From Acidobacteriota bacterium (GTDB lineage Bacteria; Acidobacteriota; Vicinamibacteria; Vicinamibacterales; UBA2999), in contig QHWQ01000150.1 of assembly GCA_003222635.1 (NCBI GenBank), positions 11,307-75,306 of the forward strand: 64,000 nt of DNA, given 5' to 3'. Positions 56,594-64,000 of this stretch are shown in pieces. The notes beneath the pieces were generated by a model, which did not search any database, had not been told where the DNA came from, and was given only the letters and a program-made list of their open reading frames with translations. Each line of letters starts with the position of its first letter. The first letter of the stretch is position 1. Made by a program: the position numbers and the translations under genes.

Positions 56594-57849
56594 CCCCACT
56601 CGCCTTGTTTTTGCTGGGCTGTGCCACGGTGTTCTTCGGCACAATCCAGGTCGCCTTCAGCGCGCTGATGCGCCTGTCGCTACGCTTGATGGCGGAGCGC
56701 GGCGGACGCAGCGATCGCCTGGGCCGCTACCTCGACGACCCGCTTCAACTCTTCATACCCGTCCGGCTGCTGCTCGGCCTGTGCCTCGTCGCCGCCGGCG
56801 TCCTCATCGCCCGCGTGAGCGACATTCACGACGCGCGATCCGTCGCTACCTTCGTCGTCTCGCTCGCGGTGTTCGTGATCGTCTGCGAGGATCTGCTGCC
56901 CGCGCTCATCTCCCGCCGCGACCCCGAGTCCGTGCTCGACATGCTGTTGCCGCTCTTCACGCCGCTGGCGCGCCTGATCCAGCCCGTGACGGCAGCGCTG
57001 ATCAACATCATCGACGTGCGGCGCGATCGGGAGAACGGCGATGAAGAGGCTACGCTGGACACAGCGGCCGCAGCGCCCGCGGCCGCGGAGCCGCAGGAGG
57101 ATGTCATCTCGCAGGAGGAGGGACGCGAGCTGCTGCAGTCGGTCGTCGATTTCACGGAGACCCTCGCGCGCGAGGTGATGACGCCGCGCCCCGACATCGT
57201 CGCCATCCGCGTGGATGCCACGCTGCAGAACCTGCGCGAGCTGTTCCGGGAGCAGCAGTACTCGCGCATGCCTGTCTATCGCGAGAACCTCGACAACATC
57301 GTCGGCATCGTCTACGTGAAGGATCTCGTCGCATTGCCGCCGACCGCGGAACCGCCCATCACCACGCTGATGCGGAATGCGTACTTCGTTCCCGAGAGCA
57401 AGCTCGCGTCCGAACTGCTGAAGGAGATGCAGCGGCGTCAGGCGCAGATGGCGATCGTCGTCGACGAGTACGGCGGCACGGCGGGACTGGCCACCGTCGA
57501 AGACCTGCTCGAGGAGATCGTCGGCGAGATTCGCGACGAGTATGACGTCGAGAGTGAGACCGTCGTCGACGAAGGCAACGGGACGTTTGTCTTCAGCGGA
57601 AAGGTGAACGTGGACGAGGTGAACGATCGCCTCGGCATCGAGGTTGAACGCGAGGGGTTCGAAACCGTCGGCGGATACCTGCTGTCGCATCTGGGCCGCA
57701 TGCCGTACGTCGGCGAGCGCTTCGACGTGGACGGCCTCGACGTCGAAGTCCTGGAAGTCGAACGCCGCCGCATTTCCAAGGTGCGCCTGCGCCGCGCGGA
57801 GGAACCGGACGATCGCGGTCGAGTCCGCCTTCAGGCGGACCAGGAATGA
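56590..57849 (+). CDS. corC: CorC/HlyC-family transporter-associated protein (DUF21, CBS pair, CorC_HlyC)
   Basis: N-terminal TM DUF21, a CBS pair (VMTPRPDIVAI...AIVVDEYGGTAGLATVEDLLEEIVGEIRDE), and a C-terminal CorC domain. The last codons (VRLQADQE) are read from a REP-like arm. Confidence 0.85.
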   Translation: MTPLALFLLGCATVFFGTIQVAFSALMRLSLRLMAERGGRSDRLGRYLDDPLQLFIPVRLLLGLCLVAAGVLIARVSDIHDARSVATFVVSLAVFVIVCEDLLPALISRRDPESVLDMLLPLFTPLARLIQPVTAALINIIDVRRDRENGDEEATLDTAAAAPAAAEPQEDVISQEEGRELLQSVVDFTETLAREVMTPRPDIVAIRVDATLQNLRELFREQQYSRMPVYRENLDNIVGIVYVKDLVALPPTAEPPITTLMRNAYFVPESKLASELLKEMQRRQAQMAIVVDEYGGTAGLATVEDLLEEIVGEIRDEYDVESETVVDEGNGTFVFSGKVNVDEVNDRLGIEVEREGFETVGGYLLSHLGRMPYVGERFDVDGLDVEVLEVERRRISKVRLRRAEEPDDRGRVRLQADQE

Positions 57850-58733
57850 AGGCGGGCTTCGTTTCCTTCCTCGGCCGGCCGAACGCCGGCAAGTCCACCC
57901 TGCTCAACCGGATCGTCGGCCACAAGCTCGCCATCGTCTCGGATAAACCGCAGACCACGCGTACACGCATCGTCGGCGTCAAGAACTATGAGGAAGGGCA
58001 GGTCGCCTTCGTCGATACGCCGGGCGTCCACAAGCCGACGCATCGCATGAACGTGCGGATGGTGGATGTCGCGCTGGAAGCGATGCGCGAGGTTGACGTG
58101 CTGTGCCCGGTCGTCGACGTATCCGTCAAGCCAGGCCCGGGCGATCGCTATCTGGTGAATCTGCTGAGGGACGTGAAGACCCCGGCGATCCTGGCGCTGA
58201 ACAAGGTCGATCTGATCGCGAAGCCGAAGCTGCTGCCGGTGATCGACGGGTATCAGAAGCAGCATCCGTTCGTGGAGATCGTGCCGATCTCGGCGACCGA
58301 CGGCACGAACGTGGACGTGCTGGAGAAGTTGTTTCTGCAGTACCTGCCGGAAGGCGAGCCGCTCTATCCAGCCGACTATGTGACGGATCAGCCCGAGCGC
58401 TTCTTCGTCGGCGAGATCGTCCGCGAGCAGGTGCTCCAGTTGACGCACGACGAGCTGCCGTTCTCCACCGCCGTCGTCGTCGATCGGATCGAGCAGGCGG
58501 ACGATGGCATCACGAACATCTACTGCACGATTCTGGTAGAGCGCGAATCGCAGAAGCCGATCGTCATCGGCCGCGCGGGCGCGATGATCAAGCAGATCGG
58601 CATCGCCGCGCGCGCGGAGCTCGAGAAGTATCTAGGCAGCCGCGTCTATCTCGATCTCCACGTCAAGGTGAAGGCCGAGTGGCGCGACGACGAACGCCTG
58701 CTAGACGAGCTCGGACTGGAGCGGAACCGCTAG
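57846..58733 (+). CDS. era: GTPase Era
   Basis: GRPNAGKSTLLN, DTPG, NKVD, and a KH domain. ATGA overlap with corC. Confidence 0.95.
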   Translation: MKAGFVSFLGRPNAGKSTLLNRIVGHKLAIVSDKPQTTRTRIVGVKNYEEGQVAFVDTPGVHKPTHRMNVRMVDVALEAMREVDVLCPVVDVSVKPGPGDRYLVNLLRDVKTPAILALNKVDLIAKPKLLPVIDGYQKQHPFVEIVPISATDGTNVDVLEKLFLQYLPEGEPLYPADYVTDQPERFFVGEIVREQVLQLTHDELPFSTAVVVDRIEQADDGITNIYCTILVERESQKPIVIGRAGAMIKQIGIAARAELEKYLGSRVYLDLHVKVKAEWRDDERLLDELGLERNR

Positions 58734-58774
58734 ATCACGATATCGCGGTGATGTCCTCGCGAGGCAGGTGCCAA

Positions 58775-59398
58775 TCAACGCGACGAACAGCAATTCAACC
58801 CGTGCTTCGCCACGACGCGGCCGATTGCATCTTCTGAATCGAGCATCGTCTTGTAGATCACGCGATAGTGATCGTCCTTCCAGAACGCCATAACGTCCGC
58901 TGCTTTCTGGTCGCCAAGCAGGACTTTGTCGCCTTGATATTCGAGATAGTTGACGATCAGGTGCAAGTACGATGATTGCTCGTCCTGTGCGCCGTCTGCC
59001 CCTCCAACCGGCATGCCTGGAAAGAGCTGGCGCAACTCAATTATCGCGGCATCGGTTGCTTGCTGATGCGCGACCAACCACCAATGAAGCTGTTCATGCA
59101 CGAAGTTCGACAGCAACAAGTTGTCGTTGTCATGGTCGCCATAACCAACGGTGAGCACCGGATGGCTGTGCGGGATTGCTTTCTCATCGATGAGAATCCG
59201 GCGCGTGAACACCCAGGGCGTTAGATCGAACCGACCGAGTAGACCCTGCAAGCGCGCTGATTCTGATTGTTCTTTAGGAGTGTTGCGCGCCGTCTCGATC
59301 TGGACGCCCGCTATCTGTGCCCACACTATCGGTGTCGGCCCGAGCGCGAGGGCGATCGTCATTCGGATCGCGAACCGAACATTCACGACCTGCCTCAT
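58775..59398 (-). CDS. Secreted hypothetical protein with an HExxH motif, in a lower-GC islet
   Basis: Signal peptide (IALALGPTPIVWAQ) and a FVHEQLHWW motif. GC is visibly lower than the flanking operons. No family recognised. Confidence 0.45.
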   Translation of the reverse strand: MRQVVNVRFAIRMTIALALGPTPIVWAQIAGVQIETARNTPKEQSESARLQGLLGRFDLTPWVFTRRILIDEKAIPHSHPVLTVGYGDHDNDNLLLSNFVHEQLHWWLVAHQQATDAAIIELRQLFPGMPVGGADGAQDEQSSYLHLIVNYLEYQGDKVLLGDQKAADVMAFWKDDHYRVIYKTMLDSEDAIGRVVAKHGLNCCSSR

Positions 59399-59627
59399 AG
59401 GTGAAGAGCCCGGACTGCAGCGCGATCGTTAGGGATGCCGCAGCATGAAGGCGATGATGCCGACGGTCGCGGACAGATTGACGGCCCACAGTCCAATCAT
59501 CCACTTCAGGATTTCCATGCGAGACGACGCGCCTTCCTGACGTGTCTGCGCGAAGCGAGGCGCGGGAAGCGCCCGCGCACCCGACCTCATCGACGACGAT
59601 GCCATCGTCGTCGACACGTTGTCAATA

Positions 59628-60386
59628 TCAGTGGTGATCCAGCGTGACCAGATGCTCCGCGTCCTTCTCGACGCAGGGCGGACCTTCCTCTAACGGCCGC
59701 GTCCCGAGCCGCAGCGTCCGCGGATTCATGTTCCACGGCCGCGTGAAGACGTTCGGGTCCTCGACGGTGACCAGGTAGGTCATCGTGTCGCCGTTGCGCG
59801 TGAAGCGCTCGGTGACGTGCATCGCTTCGGTGTGGAAGTAGCCGTCGGGACCGAGCCACGTGTCGTCGTTCAGGTTGTTCACGTCGACGACGAGCGTGTC
59901 GCCATCCCACTTCGCCACCGAGTCGCCCATGTACGACGTGTCGATGTCGGCGCGATGCGCGGCGCCGATCGGAATCAGGCGGAACAGATTCGTGGCGTAG
60001 AGGAACACCACCTTGTCCGGCAGCTGGACGATCTGCGCGGGCGGTCCCATCCGCGGCACCCCGGCCGGCTTGCAGTAGAACGCCGGGTCCTCCTGACTCT
60101 GGCGAACCTCGAGGTCCTTGACCTTCGCCTGCAGCTCCGGCTTGTAGGGAGGCTTGTTCTGATCTTTCGCACGTTCGGTCACGGAGATGCGATCGAGCGC
60201 GGCGAACACGTTGTCCTTGTCCTGGTTCACGCCCTCGAGCGGCAGCAGGACTTTGATCGAGGCGTTTTCACCAGCAGGGCGGATGCCGCGGTTGCCCGCG
60301 ATCCAGATGCCGGACAGATCCGGGTGCTGTTGAGCGAATGCAGGGGCAGCGAGCGCGACGAGCAACAGCGCGGTTGCGATCTTCAT
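59628..60386 (-). CDS. Secreted hypothetical protein
   Basis: Signal peptide (MKIATALLLVALAAPAFA), about 250 aa. The ATG at 60386 is chosen over the longer ORF. It sits directly downstream of the DUF6152-like gene. Confidence 0.5.
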   Translation of the reverse strand: MKIATALLLVALAAPAFAQQHPDLSGIWIAGNRGIRPAGENASIKVLLPLEGVNQDKDNVFAALDRISVTERAKDQNKPPYKPELQAKVKDLEVRQSQEDPAFYCKPAGVPRMGPPAQIVQLPDKVVFLYATNLFRLIPIGAAHRADIDTSYMGDSVAKWDGDTLVVDVNNLNDDTWLGPDGYFHTEAMHVTERFTRNGDTMTYLVTVEDPNVFTRPWNMNPRTLRLGTRPLEEGPPCVEKDAEHLVTLDHH

Positions 60387-60396
60387 CACGGCACCT

Positions 60397-60810
60397 CTAC
60401 GGGTTGACATCGTCGGGGTCGCCGAGCCAGACCTCGATGCTGTGACCATCATCGAAGGTGACCTGGCGCAGGAAGCCGAGATTCTTCGAGCCGTCGCGCG
60501 CGGCGTAGCCTTTCAGCGTCACCGTCCTGCCGATGCCGAAAGTCTGCTTGCTCATCCCCTCGGCGCGCATGCGGCCCGGACCGAGCGTCTCGAACGCCCA
60601 GTTCGTGACGGCGCCCTTGTCGTCCCTGACGGCGATGTGGAGATAGACGTGCGGGTTCACCCACTCGACCTTCGTCACGTCCCCCTTCAGCGTCACCGGC
60701 TTGCTGATGTCGAATTCCGCCTGAAACGAGTGATGCGCAAGCGCTGATCCGCTGACGAGGAGCGCGGCGGCCAAGGCGATTGCGACCGCGATGGAGTTTG
60801 TGTGTCCCAT
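60397..60810 (-). CDS. Small secreted beta-rich protein (DUF6152-like)
   Basis: Signal peptide ending ALAHHSF; VTLKGDVTKVEWVNPHVYLHI...WAFETLGP... Confidence 0.5.
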   Translation of the reverse strand: MGHTNSIAVAIALAAALLVSGSALAHHSFQAEFDISKPVTLKGDVTKVEWVNPHVYLHIAVRDDKGAVTNWAFETLGPGRMRAEGMSKQTFGIGRTVTLKGYAARDGSKNLGFLRQVTFDDGHSIEVWLGDPDDVNP

Positions 60811-60893
60811 GCGGCAGATCATGCACTTTTCACGCGGGTTTTGCACGTCACGCGTGCTAGATTTAGTCGTTTGGGTGCAGACGGACATTCATC

Positions 60894-62294
60894 ATGGCGG
60901 CGCAGAGCAAACCCGATCTGGTCCTCGCCTCAGTCCGACGACTGCTGCGCGTTGGTGCGACCGCTAACCTGCTGAACCTGCTGCAGAAGCGGCATCCCGT
61001 CGACATCGCGGAACTCCTCAGAGCCCTCAACGATCACGAACGCCGCGCGGCCGTCGATGCGCTGGCCGGCGCCGACCCCCGCCTCGCCATGCAGGTCGTC
61101 GCCGAGCTCGGCGTCGATGTCGGGGCCGCGGTGCTGGCCTCGCGCCCGGCGTCCGACATCGTCCGTCTCCTCCAGGAGCTGGCGCCGGACGATGCGGCGG
61201 CGCTGATCGATCACTTCCCGGAGGCGCTCGCCGACCAGGTCCGCGACCTGATGCACGGGCAGCAGCCGTCCGCGGAAATCACGGAAGTCCTCGAAAACCC
61301 CGAGGGGACCGCGGGCCGCATCATGAACCCGCGCGTCTTCGCGCTGCCCGACGAGACGACCGTGGAAGAGGCGGTGAAGGCCATCCAGCAGCTCGGCGGC
61401 GTCGAGATGTCGTTCTACCTCTACGTCATCGACGAGCGGCGCCATCTGGTCGGCGTCGTCTCGCTGCGTCGTCTGCTGCTCGTCCCCCCGCAGGCGATGC
61501 TGAAACACATCATGACCACCGACGTGATCAGCGTCGGCATCGACACGCCGCAGGAGGAGGTCGCCAAGAAAGTCTCCTCGTATCACCTGCTCGCGGTTCC
61601 CGTCGTTGACGACGAGAACAAGCTTGTAGGAACGGTGACGGTCGATGACATCATCGAGGTGATCCGCGACACGACGACAGAGGAATTCCAGAGGCTGGGA
61701 GGACTGGAAGCGCTCGACGAGCCGTACGTGCGCACGCCGCTGCTCACGCTGGTCAAGAAGCGGGCGCGTTGGCTCGTCGTGCTGTTCCTCGGCGAGATGC
61801 TGACCGCGACGGCCATGGGGTACTTCGAGCGGGAGATCTCACGCGCCGTGGTGCTGGCGTTGTTCGTGCCGCTCATCATCTCGTCGGGAGGCAACAGCGG
61901 TTCGCAGGCGGCCTCGCTCATCATCCGTGCGCTGGCCGTCGGCGAGGTGACGCTGCACGACTGGTGGCGCATCATGCGCCGCGAAGTTCTATCCGGTCTC
62001 GCGCTCGGCTGCATCCTCGGCAGCGTCGGGTTCGTTCGCGTGTCGTTGTGGCAGCAGCTCTTCGGGACGTACGGCGCGAACTGGTTCCTGATTGCGCTGA
62101 CGGTGCTCTTCGCCCTGGTGGGCGTCGTCATGTGGGGCACCATCGCCGGCTCGATGCTGCCGTTCGTCATGAAACGCCTCGGCGCGGATCCCGCAACGTC
62201 CTCGGCGCCGTTTGTCGCCACGCTGGTCGACGTGACGGGGCTCGTCATTTACTTCACCGTCGCCGCGACGATTCTTCGCGGCACGCTCCTGTAG
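60894..62294 (+). CDS. mgtE: Magnesium transporter MgtE (copy 1)
   Basis: MgtE N-domain, a CBS pair (GRIMNPRVFALPDETTVEEA...HLLAVPVVDDENKLVGTVTVDDIIEV), and a five-TM MgtE domain (GGNSGSQAA). Confidence 0.9.
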   Translation: MAAQSKPDLVLASVRRLLRVGATANLLNLLQKRHPVDIAELLRALNDHERRAAVDALAGADPRLAMQVVAELGVDVGAAVLASRPASDIVRLLQELAPDDAAALIDHFPEALADQVRDLMHGQQPSAEITEVLENPEGTAGRIMNPRVFALPDETTVEEAVKAIQQLGGVEMSFYLYVIDERRHLVGVVSLRRLLLVPPQAMLKHIMTTDVISVGIDTPQEEVAKKVSSYHLLAVPVVDDENKLVGTVTVDDIIEVIRDTTTEEFQRLGGLEALDEPYVRTPLLTLVKKRARWLVVLFLGEMLTATAMGYFEREISRAVVLALFVPLIISSGGNSGSQAASLIIRALAVGEVTLHDWWRIMRREVLSGLALGCILGSVGFVRVSLWQQLFGTYGANWFLIALTVLFALVGVVMWGTIAGSMLPFVMKRLGADPATSSAPFVATLVDVTGLVIYFTVAATILRGTLL

Positions 62295-62300
62295 CGGCGG

Positions 62301-63674
62301 ATGGCCCAGCAGCGACGCATCGACCTGGTTCTCGACTCGGTCAAGCGGCTGCTCCGTATCGGAGCGACGGCGAACCTGCTGAATCTCCTGCAGAAGCAGC
62401 ATCCAGCGGACCTCGCGCAAATCTTCAGCGAGCTGCCCGACAAGGAGCGCGATACCGCGTTCAGTCTGCTTGCGGAGCGGAATGGCCGTCTCGCGATGGA
62501 AGCCATCTCCGAGCTCGGTCCCGAGGCGGGCGCGGCGCTGCTCGCCACGCGCTCGGCCGACGAAATCGCCCGGCTGGCGCAGGAGATTCCTTCGGATGAC
62601 GCGGCCGCGCTGATCGACTACCTCCCCGAGGAGTTGTCGGCCGCCGTCCTCGACCTCATGCGCCCGAAGGAATCGGGCGTCGTCGAGAACCTGCTCGAAT
62701 ACGACGAGCAGACCGCCGGCCGCATCATGAACCCGAACGTCTTCGCGCTGGCCGAAGACATGACGGTGGGCGAGGCCATCACGGCGCTGCAAAGCTCGCG
62801 CGACGTCGAGATGGTGTTCTACCTGTATATCGTCGACGCGCGGCGGCATCTGGTGGGCGTGATCTCACTGCGGCGATTGCTGCTCGTGTCGCCCGAGACG
62901 CCGCTGAAGCGCATCATGACGCCCGATCCGATCAGCGCGCGTGTGGACATGGACCAGGAAGAAGTGGCGCGGCTGGTCGCCTCCTATAACCTGCTCGCCA
63001 TTCCCGTTGTCGAAGAAGGCAATAAGCTGGTCGGCATCATCACCGTGGACGACGTGATCGACGTCATCAAGGACGAAGCCACCGAAGATATGTTCCGCCT
63101 CGCCGGCGTCTCCAGCGATGAGCACGTCTTCACGCCTGCGAGACAGTCGCTCCGGATGCGCATGCCCTGGCTCGTGGTGAACCTGGCTACGGCATTTCTG
63201 GCGGCTGCCGTCGTGGGTCTGTTTCAAAACACCATCAGCGCGTGGGTGGCGCTCGCCGTGTTCATGCCGATCGTCGCCGGGATGGGCGGCAACGCGGCCA
63301 CACAGACGCTCGCCGTGATCGTGCGCGGCATCGCGCTCGGGGAGCTCACGTGGAGCAATTCGCGCAAGGCGTTGATGAAGGAAATTCTTGTGGGCACCGG
63401 CAACGGCCTTGCCACAGGCATCATCGCCGCGCTGGTGTCGTGGCTCATGTATCGCGACCCGACCGTCGGCGCACTGCTGGCGATTGCCATGGTGATCAAT
63501 CTGTTCGTGGCCGGCATGGCGGGCACCCTGATCCCGCTGGGGCTGAAAGCGCTCAAATTCGATCCCGCGCTGGTCTCCACCGTCTTCATCACGACGTTCA
63601 CCGACGTGTGCGGCTTCGCGTCGTTTCTGGGACTCGCCACGCTCGTCACGCGCTACTTCCACAGGGCGGGCTAG
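62301..63674 (+). CDS. mgtE: Magnesium transporter MgtE (copy 2, tandem paralogue)
   Basis: Same architecture (GRIMNPNVFALAEDMTVGEA...LLAIPVVEEGNKLVGIITVDDVIDV...GMGGNAATQT). It starts 6 nt after copy 1. Confidence 0.9.
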   Translation: MAQQRRIDLVLDSVKRLLRIGATANLLNLLQKQHPADLAQIFSELPDKERDTAFSLLAERNGRLAMEAISELGPEAGAALLATRSADEIARLAQEIPSDDAAALIDYLPEELSAAVLDLMRPKESGVVENLLEYDEQTAGRIMNPNVFALAEDMTVGEAITALQSSRDVEMVFYLYIVDARRHLVGVISLRRLLLVSPETPLKRIMTPDPISARVDMDQEEVARLVASYNLLAIPVVEEGNKLVGIITVDDVIDVIKDEATEDMFRLAGVSSDEHVFTPARQSLRMRMPWLVVNLATAFLAAAVVGLFQNTISAWVALAVFMPIVAGMGGNAATQTLAVIVRGIALGELTWSNSRKALMKEILVGTGNGLATGIIAALVSWLMYRDPTVGALLAIAMVINLFVAGMAGTLIPLGLKALKFDPALVSTVFITTFTDVCGFASFLGLATLVTRYFHRAG

Positions 63675-63682
63675 AGACATTT

Positions 63683-63970
63683 GAGATTGGGCGATTGGTG
63701 ATCGAGCGATTGATTGGGTGATTGGCTGATTGGGGATTGGTGATTGGTTGGGTCATTGGCTGATTGAACGATTGGAAGATTGAGCGATTGTGTTCTGTTC
63801 CAGGAACGACAATCACGTAGTGCGGAAGCTGAACGTCCCCGATCACCCCCTAAATCACCCAATCACCCATCACCAAATCTTCAACAAATCATCCAACCAA
63901 TCGCCCAATCACCAATCGCCAAATCTCCAACCAATCACCCAATCGCCAATCGCAAAATCTCCAATGATTC
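63683..63970. repeat. About 290-nt imperfect inverted repeat built from tandem octamers (nnGATTGG versus CCAATCnn), hairpin locus D
   Basis: The left arm (63683-63790) holds about 13 GATTGG-type units. The apex GTTCC-A-GGAAC is near 63803. The right arm (63841-63970) holds about 14 CCAATC-type units. It begins 9 nt after the mgtE2 stop. Confidence 0.8.
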
Positions 63971-64000
63971 AAGGGTAGAATAAGGCCCAGACCATGCCCC

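Noticed and set aside
60811-60893. M-box (Mg2+) riboswitch upstream of mgtE
   Set aside because: The leader is only about 83 nt, roughly half the size of an M-box aptamer, and I could not recognise the conserved M-box helices.
63683-63970. Possible CRISPR array (also considered for 14464-14496 and 31604-31676)
   Set aside because: The units are only 7-9 nt and directly abut each other with no spacers. The two halves are inverted relative to each other, and no cas genes are present in the window.

Overview
High-GC (about 65-70%) bacterial chromosome segment. The gene families and repeat types suggest an Acidobacteriota-like organism, but that is inference only. Most of the window is densely packed housekeeping genes. 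These include murA, a minus-strand rplM-rpsI-rpsB-tsf-pyrH-frr cluster, and a pilMNOPQ type IV pilus operon followed by two lipoprotein genes. Further along are pepP-accB-accC-thiE, an amino-acid permease / K+ channel / folD unit, and an LPS cluster (kdsB-pyrG-kdsA-kdsD-lapB-coaE). The rest comprises serA, mdh, sucCD-ndk-dcd, hisS-aspS-phoH-ybeY-corC-era, two tandem mgtE genes and one tRNA-Ala(CGC). Accessory content includes a divergent STAS / FHA-GAF-PP2C pair. There is an orphan TPR-fused secretin next to a muramidase and lolA, and a decayed islet holding a truncated PolX, a PD40 remnant and a broken vapC with its antitoxin. Two ECF sigma loci are present, one paired with a Ser/Thr kinase, and both lie next to members of a small secreted-protein family. 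I found no recognisable defence system, CRISPR array, prophage or transposase. Two things stand out. First, there are three families of structured intergenic repeats: long hairpins built from tandem 7-8 nt units (one next to a four-helix-bundle gene), a 54-nt triple-hairpin REP-like element, and a GGCGGGTGAGGCGGGT G-rich repeat. Second, at least seven conserved genes (pfk, pyrH, pilM, pilQ, lapB, coaE, mdh) each appear to lack a block of roughly 100-130 nt at a sharp junction. This looks more like collapsed assembly gaps than biology and needs checking against reads. All domain calls come from reading the translations against remembered family consensus; no searches were run.
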